Shown here: in pieces, positions 48,948 through 64,000 of the stretch | Layout: each line of letters opens with the position of its first letter | Numbering within the stretch: position 1 is the first letter of the stretch | Assembly: GCA_001949185.1 (NCBI GenBank) | Contig: BDGG01000001.1 | Span: forward strand, 2,497,324 to 2,561,323 | Length of the DNA stretch: 64,000 nt | Direction of reading: 5' to 3' | Origin: Ramazzottius varieornatus | Taxonomy: Eukaryota; Animalia; Tardigrada | Made by a program: the position numbers and the translations under genes | Notes under the pieces: model-generated | The model's input: the letters and a program-made list of their open reading frames with translations, nothing else | Databases searched by the model: none | Told to the model about the DNA's origin: nothing

Positions 48948-49677
48948 AACAAGATTCAAAGGTGAAGTGCACGATGGTGCGAAATCAACAGGCGCACCGG
49001 TACTAACCTGCTTGCTTGGTGGACACACGATTGATTGTTGATTCGATAAGCTATACGTGACGTGATCCACTCAGTCGAGGCCAGCTGCGTTCCGTTCGTA
49101 AAGGAACCCAGCTCACGGAGCTTCAAGTATTGGATAATCGTTAGATGAGCGTAGTCCTAGCGGGGATCTTAGCGGGGATAGGGCTATGAGTCCCCTAAAA
49201 GAAGGACGATATTGAAGCACGAAAGCAGAAGATGCGAGGGATATCTCGATTCTCAACGTTACAAACTGAAGAAAATGCACGGCGGGCATGAGCAAAGGCG
49301 GATGGCCACCTAGCACAACAACCACCTCGCGACCGCTTGGAACATTCTATTTCTGCGTTGGTGGCTCGCGACAGGGTCGAGTTGCTGATGCAGGCAGCTC
49401 AACCGTGCTACAAAGCAGAAAATCTGAGGCGTGGTCGAGCCCACTCGCTGCATGCCCAATAGAAGGTGTCGAAAAATCTCGAAAATGGACCCGGTTTTCC
49501 CAGATCGCTGGTCGGGCAGATTGATAGGTCCTCGACCACTTCAGAGATTGCGAAATACTGTTTCCTCCGCATCCTCCGTTGAAGTCAAAAGTTCTTCCAC
49601 AGTGTATCACTCTGGTTCTTCCATCAATTCGTCAAGGTTGTCGAGTTCTCAAGCGTTGGAGCATTGTTTAGTCAAGC

Positions 49678-51314
49678 ATGGCGAAGCTCGGGAAGAACAA
49701 GAGACGTATCGAAGAAGACGACGAAGACGACTGGGAGGAAGAAGCTGAGGATATGGAAACGGACGAAGAGATGGATCCAGAAGATGCCGAGGTAGGCATG
49801 GGTGATGAATGTTTTCCAATTTCCAGTAGGCCATGATCACAACTTTCTTCTCATTTGATGTGTGCTGTAGCTTCAAGAAGCCTTTGCGCGTGGTCATCTC
49901 AAACCCGGACTGAACGCCGTATTCGAGGAGCGATTACCACCGGCCAATCTTAAGGCATGTAAGAATGGTTCTCCAGACTTCCGCTTGGGCTGGCACTTGC
50001 TGGTTATTTACGTGCGACGTTATTGCTGCTTCCATGGACCGGGTTTGTTTTCACAGGAACGACTCTTGCAAAAGCTGGGCGTGATACGGTTAGACCTGCC
50101 ATGGATCGAGCGCATGGATGTAACGACAGCGTTGGCACCGATGGCACCGGAAATGGCTTCAGAAATCGGCATTGATCCGAATCTCGTCCTCACAAACAAG
50201 AAAAACAAAACTGGTGCAGCAAAGGACGTTGATGTGGATGAACTAGACAATATCGACGATGACTTCAAACGAGAGCTTCGATTGTAAGGAGTTAATTCTG
50301 ACCCTGTAATGTTGACTATGCGAAAATTTGCTTATTCTGGTTTCAGTTATCGACAAGCCCAGGGCGCAGTCCTCGAAGCTTTGCCTCGTCTCCATGCTCT
50401 TCGCATTCCCACCAGACGTCCAGAGGACTATTTTGCCGAGATGGCAAAATCAGATGAGCACATGAAGAAAATAAGAGAAAAGCTGATCACGAAACAGCAG
50501 CAGATGGAGCTGTCGGAGAAAGCCAAGAAGCTGCGAGAGCAGAAGAAGTACAGCAAGCAAGTGCAACAGGAAGTCTTGAAGAAGCGCCTGGAAGAAAAGA
50601 AGAAGCTGGCCCAGTCTGTGCAGAAGTTTAGAAAGAGTGGAAAGGGACAACAAGATGAGATGGATCTCATGGAAGACATCAACTCAAATTCAAGGCAGAA
50701 AGGCGGAAGAAATGACCAGAAGAAACCGGACAAGAATGGACCTCCCAAGTAGGTACCATCAATTAACCGGAACGTACTCTTAGAAATTACGGATTTTCGT
50801 GGTCTTTTCCGAAATATTTTTTTATGATCGGGTGCTCGGCGAACACTCGGCAGTGGTTGTTCTTCCGAATGGCCCACACTTAAAGTATGACGAAAGCGGC
50901 TGAAAGCGTGCGGCACTTCGAAAACTGATTCGGTCGAGTTTGATAGTGTTCCCAAGTGGCGCACGTTCTCAGTGTTATTGGGTGAAAGCGTGTGCCACTT
51001 GAACAACCGACGTTGTCGTGTTTGTCTGTCTACGTCTCAGATTCCGCTGGATTTTGTTTCTTTTATATGCCACTGTTACCTCACGTGGTTGATTTTGTAG
51101 GAAAAGTGGCAAGCAGAAATACAAGGATTCAAAGTACGGTTTTGGTGGTCAGAAGAAGAGATCGAAGTACAATACCAAAGACAGCGCAGATGATGTCCAG
51201 GGGAAGCATGGCAAGTTCGACAGTCGGAAGCACGGTAATGCATCTGCTAAAGGCAAGAAGACGCAGAAAAGACCCGGAAAAGCTATCCGCCAGAAGAATA
51301 AGAACAAGCGGTGA
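49678..51314 (+). CDS. EBNA1BP2: rRNA-processing protein EBP2
   Basis: ELQEAFARGHLKPGLN, LPWIERMDVT, DDDFKREL.FYRQAQ, IPTRRPEDYFAEMAKSDEHMKKIR, KYGFGGQKKRSKYNT, KRPGK. Confidence 0.95.
50830..51039. repeat. Family A, dimeric (two cores within one pair of outer arms)
   Basis: TGGCCCAC..GTGCGGCACTT followed by AAGTGGCGCAC..GTGTGCCACTT in the last EBP2 intron. Confidence 0.8.
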
Positions 51315-51906
51315 GTTTTGCAATCTTCAAGGTACGACTAGAGTCTTCTTGTTAATTGTTGCCTCTGAAAACGCGTTGCTTCTTACCCTTACATAAACAT
51401 GCATTCTCTACGGGAATGAATAGCTCGATTTTGTGGAAAGTGTGGTGGCATAAGTCCCCTTGTTTTCGTTTGTCGTCAGCAGTCTGCAGAAGTTAAAGCA
51501 CCGAAGTTTTTCATCTTGTCCTTTCGCCAAAGAACTCAGTGGAAGTATATTGCTAGCATAATAGCCCGTCACATGCCTCGATATGGCAGGAATTGTCCGG
51601 CAGTGTGATCTGCAAGATAAGATTTTGATAGTAGCACAAATCACACAATCGTGTCCAACAAAAGTGTCACGCACTGGCCGAACTTTCTTGAACTGGTGAA
51701 CGGATGATATGTTGATAACAACCCGGGTAACGTTGTGCCTAATCTTCGGTAAAGCCCACGCATTCCACCGATACAGATAGCAGAACGAAAAAAGCATTTT
51801 CTCCCTCACCATTTAAGCGCCTCTATACCATTCTTCATTTCGTTTTCAGGTTCCCGTTTGACTTTCACAAATATTTCTGCTTTCAGCTTTCGCTAGTCAT
51901 CTTTAA

Positions 51907-54626
<2,720 letters not shown>

Positions 54627-54629
<3 letters not shown>

Positions 54630-54866
54630 CTAGCATCGGATAAGACTGACTCGATGTCAGTCACCTTGAATGGAGAAGCCGGTCGAGCTGGTTCGAGCCT
54701 GGATGGGTCACTCGCGAGCTCGAGTCGTGATGAATCCGGCTGGGAGACCTTGTCCAGTGGCACCGTCACGCTTTCGCACTCTGGCTTGCATTCTGGTAGC
54801 CCACCACCAGGTGAAAAGCCTCTTTTCCGACACCATGTTCGCAAACCATACGAGCTTCACCACTAA
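54627..54866 (+). other. Candidate stop-codon readthrough: TGA-CTAG plus a 78-codon in-frame extension
   Basis: ACC TGA CTA GCA...CAC CAC TAA is open in the oxidase frame; AATAAA at 54887. Confidence 0.6.
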
Positions 54867-55277
54867 ACGAGCTTTCCGTTCACAGAAATAAAGTCTTCGG
54901 ATGCTGACGTCCAGACACATAGCGGTACTGTTTACTTCCGGCCGGACTGCCCGTATGCCGCGTCGAGTTTGAAGGCGGTGCCAGCTGCCGCACGGAAGGC
55001 CGCCGTCCAGCGCGATCCGTACAACTTCGTCTGCCTGGGAAAGATGGTCGCCGAAGGTACGTAACAACTCTCGACTGTCGAATTCTCATATTGCAAGGAC
55101 AACTCTTTTTAGATACCACCGCCGGATGAGGAAGTCCAAACGTGAGGTGGGTCACCTTCACCGAGATACTCCACTCAGACGATAAGAATGCACGTTTTTC
55201 AGTGGAAAAATCCGTCAAGCTACAACTCGCGTTTTTTTATTATTATATCACAGTTTGTTCGATGCAGTGATATTTCG

Positions 55278-55923
55278 CTATCCACGACACTCATATTCTT
55301 CTTCTGTATAAGAACATTCATCACCAATATTCTTCTTTTTCCTCTGTAAAGAATTCGCCACTTGGGCGAGCTCTGCTTCTTGCAAGTTAACTTCAGCCGC
55401 GCATTCCGCCAACATATCCATCATTTTAGAGACCTTCACCGTCAATAAATTGTTCTCCCCTTTCAAATCCGTGCATTTGATCAATAGAGCGTCGATATGT
55501 GACTGCTGAGCTCGCTTCTCATTCTCATACTCCCTTTTCATCTTTTCCTCCCTTTCCCGAAACTCCCTCTCACACTCTGCCATTCTGCACTTGTAGTTCT
55601 CTTCTAACGCCATCTTTTCCTTCTCGAGCTGTTCTCGAAGGACTTTTCGAGACTTTTGCAAGACAGACTGCGTCTCTTGCCACATGCTGGGTCTTTGGAG
55701 CGTACAGGTGCGACCGGTAGGCTCATGTCGCGGTGTACAGGACCGCCTTCTGGGAGGCGGAGTGTAGCAGGTGGGTTCATATTCCTCGACGGATTCTTCC
55801 GGTTGAGGTAATGATGGTCGCCGATGTTCGGAAGGCACTTTGGTGAAATCCGGTTGCAAAGTGCTCTTTCTTTTCCCTTTGTTTTTCCCACGTTTTATCC
55901 AAGTACCGTCGCAGAATGTGAAA
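55278..55923 (-). CDS. Hypothetical coiled-coil protein (last exon; upstream exon(s) probably near 56200-56350)
   Basis: Open frame of more than 200 codons, Pro/Arg-rich then E/K/R-rich heptads; splice acceptor near 55924. Confidence 0.5.
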
Positions 55924-56059
55924 CTGGAGTTGCTTAACGTTATTGTGGGCGGATTTATCGTTGTTCCAAATACTAAAAAAATTGAGCAGTCATATCAAAT
56001 ACCTATGTACAAATATTATACATATGTACTATGCGAAGTTGGTAGACAAAATGAGAATA

Positions 56060-56125
56060 ATCTTTTTCTCTAGTGGCGCACGTCATCATTGTCAATGGCT
56101 GAAAGTTTGCGCCACTTTGCTACCA
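56060..56125. repeat. Family A core
   Basis: AGTGGCGCAC...TGCGCCACTT. Confidence 0.7.
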
Positions 56126-56953
56126 TCCCATATCTGTCAGACACTGGAAAAAAACTTCACACCGGAAGTCACATTCGTTTCGTAAGCCAAATATACCTTC
56201 GTTGTATTTTGCGAGTGAAAGCTGAAGAAATGAGTTGGCTGGCTTTTTGCGAGGAGGTGCTGGTTTCGGGCGGAAGTTCTTTTTGAATTTGTAATAGTCA
56301 ACAGGGTGGAGCATCGACGGAAAATTTGAACGTCCTCCGAGAACATCCATTCTGAATTCTTCTGGCTAATGATACAGCATCAAATGGTAGCCACCAAGGT
56401 CAGACTCGAAGTTATCTATGAATGAAGATTAAACCTTCGAAATCTGCTAACTATCGTAATCGTGTGCGATGCCGATATCAATTCAGTTAAAATTCCATTC
56501 TTATCCGTGACAAGGTCACCTTGACTACTAATTTTTCGTCCATAATTCAGACGTCACACCATGCCTTTTTTTGGCTTCATTGATTTTTCGCGGAGTAGAT
56601 AGGTTGGGACTGAAGGACTGAAAATTTAACAGTCCCCAGAGCGGTAGAAAACATAATAATACTGACTGTTGGTAGAGTGGTCAAATGTGAGGTCGTTGGC
56701 GTGAAGCGCTTTCGGGAGGTCTTTCGGAGCTTTTTGCGTAGATCACTTGTACAAGATGCAGAAGATAACAATCGCAGGTTGTAAAAATAATTACGGGACT
56801 AGGAAGAGTCAAAAAAATATTGTTAGACCACATCACCTAAACGCTACGGCATTAATGCCTTCCGACACAGCGATGTCTGAGATTGGAAATTCGGCCAAGT
56901 GATTTTTGACACAGATTCAGCATTCTAAGTTCTCCTGCACACATCAGTGAAGC

Positions 56954-58334
56954 ATGGGGACCTTCAGGTACTGCGTCAACATCTTGTCCCTATTCTTCGT
57001 GCTCGAAGGACTCGACCGACGTCAAGCTGCGGGAGAAGATTTGACAGCACGCAGTGGAGGTTCTCGGGAGCCAAGAGCCGCTATGAACAGAGGTAGGTAT
57101 CCCACTCTCGCTACATTAACCCGCTTTATTGCTAAACCTTATAGCATCCGCCCAAGCACTGTCTATTGCGTCGTCCGTAAGCCAAACTATCAAAATGTTA
57201 CAGACCCTCGTTACTCGACCTGGCCTACTCCTTCCGCTATTCCATTCCTCCTGGACGCAACTTACAGTAAGCAAGATATTTTTTATGTTGATTTCCTTAA
57301 TACCAGTGCTCACTCGCGATTTCTTTTGAAATGCATAGCTCCCGCGGAAAGGTCTATGATCATCGATGCACTGAACCAGGTTGCCGCCGACATGAGCCAC
57401 TGTATCGGGTTCGTAGAACGCGGAAGTCCAGTCGGCGCCGATCACCTGTACATCAGCAAAACACTGAACACTGGGTAAACGAGGTTCCCTGTATCTTGTC
57501 AGAAAATAACTAAATCGACATGCTTATCTTTTTACTTCCCAGCGCTGCAGACAGTAGCTGCTCTTCCTTCCCTGGTCGCGCAACAGTCCAGAATGGACGG
57601 GGCCAGAAGGTCCTCATGTTTAGTGGGCCAACTGGATGTTTGGGGAGTAAACGCGAGACGATGAAGTACATCGTCCATTCTTTGGGCCTACGAAACGAGT
57701 ACAATCGTCCCGATCGGTGAGTCCGCGGACAATCGGTCCTATGAACACGGTTTCCTTACCGCAGAGAACTTGGTCTTTCAGGGACAACTTCATCCAAGTA
57801 TTCCCGGATAACTTACGACCGGACTTGAAGGCCCTCAACGTGCTCGCCAAGTACTCACTGACCGCTGTGGACATCTCTACCACATCGTTCGACTTCAATA
57901 GCATCACTATTCCTTCTCCGGACAAACTAGCGGTGCCAAACAGCGCGTTGTTTATTCCGAATGCGTCCGGTGTCTCATTCGGAACTTTGGCAAGACTTAG
58001 CCTCTCGGATTGCCAGGCCCTTTCGTTTCTTTATCCAGCCTCTTGTCGCGTCTCCGCTTGTGCTGACCGTGCGTTTCTCCGTGTTCCTTTATGAATCGAT
58101 TTGATTGTTAGTATTCATAGGAATTGTTCAACTGAAGGTACATGAAAATATTTTTCAGCTTACTCTGGACAAAGCGGAAGCGCGCAGACACCCACTGTCC
58201 CTGCAGGGTCGATTCCTATTGCCCCAGCACTGGTGGCTCCACCTATACCGATACCTCTCGTACCTGTGCTGACCGGTGGTCCGCTAGAACCCGGAAGTAG
58301 TCCGGCGCTCGCCGTTGGATTTAACCGTCGTTGA
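56954..58334 (+). CDS. Astacin (M12A)-fold secreted protein, non-catalytic, copy 1
   Basis: Signal peptide; WP..IPF, CIGFVER, CSSFPGR; KYIVHSLGLRNEYNRPDR|D in place of HExxHxxGxxHExxRxDRD; FDFNSIT; RLSLSD..AL..LY..C; Pro-rich tail. Confidence 0.85.
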
Positions 58335-58967
58335 TTTCTTCCCTCTCTCTACATGGAATCTGCAAAATCCGTGAACATATACTGAAAGTTTTGGCAGAAA
58401 GATACACACCAACACGAACGATGATTATCAAACTTCGCAAACTATTTCCAGAAGAATCTTTTGCAACTTGGGAATTCTTGGACACCATGTAATAGTCTAT
58501 AGTTTGCATGCTAAGGGAAATAAAATACTCGCTAGCGGCTAACGGAAGACTACCTTAGTCTTCGACGTGTGTCAAGCGATGTTACGCTGCTTCCGTAACA
58601 TATTGTCGATGTGGTCAACAATTGCCGTAGCCCGACAGCAAAATTTTTGCTGGCTTGACATCACGACGAGGTGCAAGACGAACCTTCCGCCGCTCTCATA
58701 ACGAAATCTGCAAACACAAGATACCATTGTCAGAACCCTCAAACAGTGCTCTAAAGACAGGACAAAGTGTTTACTACTGATCTGCGTAACGACAAAATCC
58801 ATCTCGACGAACAAGAATCTGCAAGTCGATGTGTAACGTCGACTCCAGACGGATGACATAATTTATACTGTACAATATATGCACAAGAAAATACACAATA
58901 TAAGCAACGAGCGAGAAAGAATAACATCACTGCATCAACTAATTTACACTTTTCGTGTCCAGAAAAG

Positions 58968-60494
58968 ATGGATCACTCACTTGGGGCGGTTTCTCGGTAC
59001 GCAGTGGCCCTTCTGGGTTTTTTAAACTTGACTTCCGCTACTATTGTTTCCAAGTTTCCCTTTACGGCCACCACGGCGGACGAGCTAGAGTCTCGAGCAG
59101 TTGCCAACCGGGATATCCGCTATGACGTTTGGTCCAACCCTCAACGAATCCTCTTCCGCCTGGATCCCCTTTACAGTGAGTTGATTTCTCCTCCATCCGT
59201 ATTCACCTGATTTTTTTGCTGGTTGTCCGAACACCTGGTTGTAGATGAAACTCAAAGGTCCATCATTCTGAATGCCATAAACCAAATTTCCGACGACATG
59301 TTCAACTGCGTCCGTTTTGCTCCCTTCAACGCAGTGACGGACTCTAGGGAAGACCACATCGTCATTAGTCCGACACTGAATTCCGGGTAAACATTCCCTG
59401 ACGGTACAGAAAGAACCCAACATCAGCTCATTCAAAACGTAGGTTGGACCAACTGTATGTGTCTGCAGGATTACGAGTACCTGTTCATCCTTTCCCGGCC
59501 GAGTCATCAGCCAGAATGCGCGAGGACAAAAGCTCATTATTTTTGGCGGTGGACCCGGCGGATGTATGCTTACCAAGCGAGATGTGTGAGTAGAAGAAAA
59601 ACATGGCTTCACATTGATCCTTTCGAAATGAAACGAAGATGTCTGGGATCTGTTTTTAGAATGGCTATCATCATCCCGGTTCTCGGACTGCGTCAAGAGT
59701 ACAGGTAACTAAGCCAGCCTGTGCCGGGAGATAATTATCATCTTTGGTCTCATTTCACCACTTTACTACGTTTGATCCGTCGTGTGTTACGGCCATGACA
59801 AGGACTCGTCCAATTGCAGGAGACCGGATCGCGATACTCACATCCAAGTATTTCCCAACAATATCCGCTCCGGTTAGTGCGTAAAAACCAGATCTCGTAG
59901 AACGCTGTTGACCGTCGTAGCCCACAGCAATTCCAACTCTTGCTTTTCCAGAATTCCGCAGCCTGGACTTGCTGAAGAAATACGACTCAACAATGGTTGA
60001 GTTTACTTCCCCCTTCGACTTCTTTTCCATCACTATGCCTTCTCAAAGTCGGTTCGTCAACGAGAACTCTTTGCTTTACGTCCCCCGGAAAGAAGGACAG
60101 AAGATCGGAGAGTTCGCCCGCTTAAGCCAAGGAGACTGCCAAGGTCTCAAGAAGATCTACCCAACATGCGCTCGCGTAGTCTGCTCCAACCGTAAGTCTT
60201 GGCCTAAACTATCACCTAACCCTGTCATATCCGAATCTTCTCTCTTCAACAGCCTACAACATCACGCTTCCGGAAGATGACGCAGAACTAGACCCACTCT
60301 CCCTAGGCGTTGCCACCTTCATTGAGAAGAATGCCACAGTAACTCGACGACCTCGCTTTACAAGAAGACCAACGACCACGCGCGACCCGGAACTGCCTGC
60401 GAACAACCTGTTTGCCGATGAAGGAACACCTCTCGATCCTCCTTTTAACGGACTAGAATTCTGGCTGGACCCTAACAGACAAAAAACCAATTAA
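58968..60494 (+). CDS. Astacin-fold secreted protein, non-catalytic, copy 2
   Basis: Signal peptide; CVRF, CSSFPGR; MAIIIPVLGLRQEYR|RPDRD; FDFFSITMP; RLSQGDC..LKKIYPTC. Confidence 0.85.
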
Positions 60495-60629
60495 CGTCCT
60501 GATCATAGCCAATCATTGTTCCTACTACTGCACTTTACTTTTTACTTTCTTGCACCCTTGCCAAAGCTTTCTTTTCTGTTGAATAAATTTGGCTGATATA
60601 TCATGCTACGGGGATGAGGAACTCATATC

Positions 60630-62516
60630 TTAAAACATATAACTAAAGTCTCCGGCATAGTCACCATTCCATCTCTTGCCTGCAAGGCACTTATTCGTAT
60701 GCACACGGTTTCCTTCCTTGTCTGGACACAGCAGCGAGTCTCCATGGCACTCGTAAGACTGGGAAATGCGTTCGAAGATACAGGTGGCTACAACCAAACG
60801 AGTCGGCACAGTTGGATCAGGAATCAGTGGCACAATACCTAAAACAGAAAAAAAACAAAACATTGCTCAATGCTCTTTCTTCGGTTCGCTACGGAAGGCC
60901 GTTTTACCGTTATCGGCTGTCCATCGTTTGAGGATCGGTCCATTTTTCGGTTGCGTACAGTTATAGTTCCTACTGTTCGCCAGTTCCCCCGAGTCCAGCA
61001 TCACCCTGGACAACCTCTCCGTACAGTTCCTGCACCCGACTTGTCCATTGTTGTAGTACTCGCACACCACCACTCGTCGGGGCGCCACCGTATACGAGAC
61101 CATCACGCTATCATCATCGTCCGCGGTGGCTCCTGCTCCACTGCCACGCTGCCCTTGACCAGCTATCCCACGATCACCACGGTCAATGGTCAAATCATTA
61201 CTCTGTAGGTCTCTGCCCCTGTCAGTTTCCTGGTCTCGATCGTCTGGGAACACCAGCGGCTGAGTTCGTGCACCGTAGTTCCTAGCATCGTCCTCATTGT
61301 CGTTGTTATCTCCATCACGAGACCGAGTGCTGTATTGATCTATCACAGCACGTAAGGGTTCTTTGGTGACGGTCAAAAGCTTGGTGGAAGTTCGTGCGCG
61401 AGTTGTGCTGAGAGTGGTCTTTCGAGTCATGGTGGTCGTAGTCGTCGTTGTAGTGGTGGTAGTTGTCGGAGTGGTGGTCGGTTGCGTTGAGCGTAACTTC
61501 GACCACCATCTGAGTGAGGGAATAATAAATGAATGTAATACGGAGAACGGGACGTGGGCAAAGAGATCGAACCAGATCTTTGTCTGTAGAGGCGCACGTT
61601 CCCATTGCTCTGGGCTGAACGTGTGCGCCACTTAGAGAAACGAGCATGTTCAGTTCAATTGCCAGGTCCCAAACTAGAAACTTTCTGAAAATCATGGAGT
61701 TCATAACATTTGGAGTTGATTAGGTTGGCGTACTTGTCCAGGCCCAGATCGAATGCGGCATTCAAGGAGCCACTGAAGACTCCTTCCCAGTAGGCGTCCG
61801 GGAAAATCTGCCCTCCAATACAATAGAAGGTTCCATTGGTCCGGAAATAACATTTGGCCACAACTTCATTAGGATAAGGGACCCTGCTGTAGTCAGCTGG
61901 CACAATGCCTACCAAATGAACTCATCAACGCACCCACAAACACATGTAAATTCCACTGCGTCACCGAGCGTCAGACAAAATATTCATAGGGAAAACCAGA
62001 CCGTCAATTCGATTACCGCGCGTTGAAAAAACAACACTTTTTTCGCTGTCCAATTTTTCTGCATATTTTTCTGGTCGTTTTTGAAAAGGAAGAATCAACC
62101 TTGACTTTCGCTCCAAACGCCGTTGGACTGTTCGTCCACCCCGGGGCAGACTTGCTCCAGTTCCGGCAGCTGTTCCGGTATTCTTGAACCGTCAGCGGAC
62201 AAGGAAGCTACGGCATCGTTAGAGGAGAAATCGGAAGGTTTGCAACGCAGTCTGCCGCGGCATTCAACGTGTTTGTCACCATAGAATAAACACTGGCCGA
62301 TAATTGTGCTGTTACTCCCAACCGCACCCACACTCGGAACTAAAAATAACAATCACATTCCCTTCAAGTATTGTCTATACAGAGTAACTCGACTCAAAAC
62401 CGATCACATTTCATCTCAATCAAATTCAAGGCCTCGATGATCCCCATACCCAATATCGATATTCCGACGAGGAGGATCCCAACCAGCGAAAAACGGTTTG
62501 GAATATTTAGATCCAT
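60630..62516 (-). CDS. Secreted protein with four Cys modules and a Thr-rich mucin-like linker; family unknown
   Basis: Spliced signal peptide MDLNIPNRFSLVGILLVGISIL|VPSVGA; modules IIGQCLFYGDKHVECRG, VVAKCYFRTNGTFYCIG, VVVCEYYNNGQVGCRN, VVATCIFERISQSYECHG; poly-Thr tract. Confidence 0.7.
61549..61650. repeat. Family A palindrome
   Basis: GGACGTGGGCAAA...GAGGCGCAC...GTGCGCCACTT inside an intron. Confidence 0.7.
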
Positions 62517-64000
62517 GTTCTCATCCGCCCAAAATCCAACTGACCAATAATTCATAACATGCTTTGCCGCGATCTGCGCGTGTGAAACTCTGCAAGATGG
62601 GTTCATTTATGGAATCGGTTGTTTTCCTTTAAATGTAAGTACTCTCGATCATATCAGTCTAGAGATCGTCGCCGGAAATGTTTAGCCATTACGGCTATTT
62701 TCCCTACGCTAATCTGACTCAACTTGGCTCTATCCGGTAATCTTCGGCTAGATTATCGAATATAGAAATCGTCCCACAGTTCAAGCTACAATGAACTGTA
62801 CTGAGCATACTGCATTTCCCAGTCCTTCTACGTCACACCAACAACTTCCTCGCTGTGAAGTACTCGGAAGCCGTCAGCAACGCTGGAAGAAGATTCGTTA
62901 GAAAAAGGCGTAGTCAATATTGTTCCTTTCGAATTACATGTCAAAAAACATCAGTTAACCAGTCAAGCATGAACTAATTTTGCGGGTTATGTATCCGGGA
63001 ACCTGCTGTGCTTAAGGTCAGAGTACAGTACGGTACTCATGAGGCATGTGACGGGAGATGCCGGCTAGTAAGTAAAATGACAGCGTGCGTGATTTGTTGT
63101 AATCATCGCAAACGGGATATTACGGACTGGCGATCGATTAGGTCTCCGCTGAGAAGTCTGATTACGGCTGGTGGGCTCCAGCGTTAAGTGCGCCAACCCG
63201 CCCCAATGCCTGCTCTAAGGTGGCAAAACTGCCAGAGTTGAAATGCCCTTTTTATCCTCAAATTTTCAATCGATAGGACACAATTACCCCTGCGAGTGTG
63301 TCAATTATATCCCTACTCCACCACCTAATAGACTAGCCATCCCACCATTCGCTCCCTCTACGTGCCTGCAGAGCTTGTCAAGATAGCCTGTAGACTTTCC
63401 TGGACTCACATAAAATACTTTGTAATCCCACGCTCAGCCTTGAGCACTACAAACTGGTGTGTGCTACTTTAAATTTCGAAGAAATATCGTTGAAAAAAAT
63501 TCCATAGTGGGAGTGGAGAAACTGCCGTCTTGGATAAAATTATGAGATATTATTGTTGTTTTTTCTTGAATACTTAGTATTCGGTGTGTAAAAATGTTAC
63601 AAAGAACTCCTCTTGGACTTGACGAAGGCAGGAGACTTGGTGGAATATACGTTTGCTTGGGCTGGCGAATCGCGAACTTTCCTGCGTGTGCAAAACGATC
63701 ACATAACATTTGAGGGGTTCATTTATGTCTCATTATGTGCACGAGTATTTCCGGTTGGGTGTCAATTGTCATGAGGGACAATCATCCCCTTCATGGTATG
63801 GCGCAAGAGCAGATGGTGCTGTTTTTCCGGTACTCAAATACCCAGCACAGTGGGGACGATGTGGGTCGAATTACGTGCTGGATGGAACATGTCAAAACGC
63901 CAGGAAATTCTAGTCGCAAGTTGTGAGTATCGACTTTTTAAAAGAAGGAAGAAGAAAAAGAGTTTGAATGGGGCTCTTGGACGACGACGAACGCTAACGT

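Noticed and set aside
55278-55859. CAHS/LEA identity for the coiled-coil ORF
   Set aside because: No recognisable CAHS motifs or LEA 11-mer repeats.
63710-64000. Possible exon near the window end
   Set aside because: A donor-like GTGAGT occurs at ~63923, but there is no recognisable protein motif and the region is truncated by the window edge.

Overview
Eukaryotic, gene-dense animal DNA with many short GT-AG introns and no prokaryotic features. Gene content, codon style and compactness fit a small invertebrate genome, most like a eutardigrade such as Ramazzottius; this is inference, not provable here. Spliced genes read by eye, in order: USP9X/fat facets, an intronless syntaxin-6-like gene with a truncated SNARE motif, a divergent Rab11, a clip-domain serine protease homologue, glucosylceramide synthase, MAIP1 (missed by the ORF track), WDR37, a GPI-type folate-receptor-family gene, an EHMT/G9a-like gene whose SET domain looks catalytically dead, EBP2, a polyamine/spermine oxidase, a coiled-coil ORF, two tandem zinc-less astacins, and a secreted protein with four copies of an unrecognised Cys module. 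Non-coding content includes one intact 5S rRNA gene, a decayed pogo-like transposase, several TA-flanked MITEs and two families of short palindromes found almost only in introns. Best leads: (1) a spliced-leader-RNA-like sequence directly abutting the 5S gene; (2) a UGA-CUAG stop-readthrough signal with a 78-codon in-frame extension on the polyamine oxidase; (3) several pseudoenzymes; (4) the intronic palindrome family. Exon boundaries were inferred manually and repeat coordinates are approximate.
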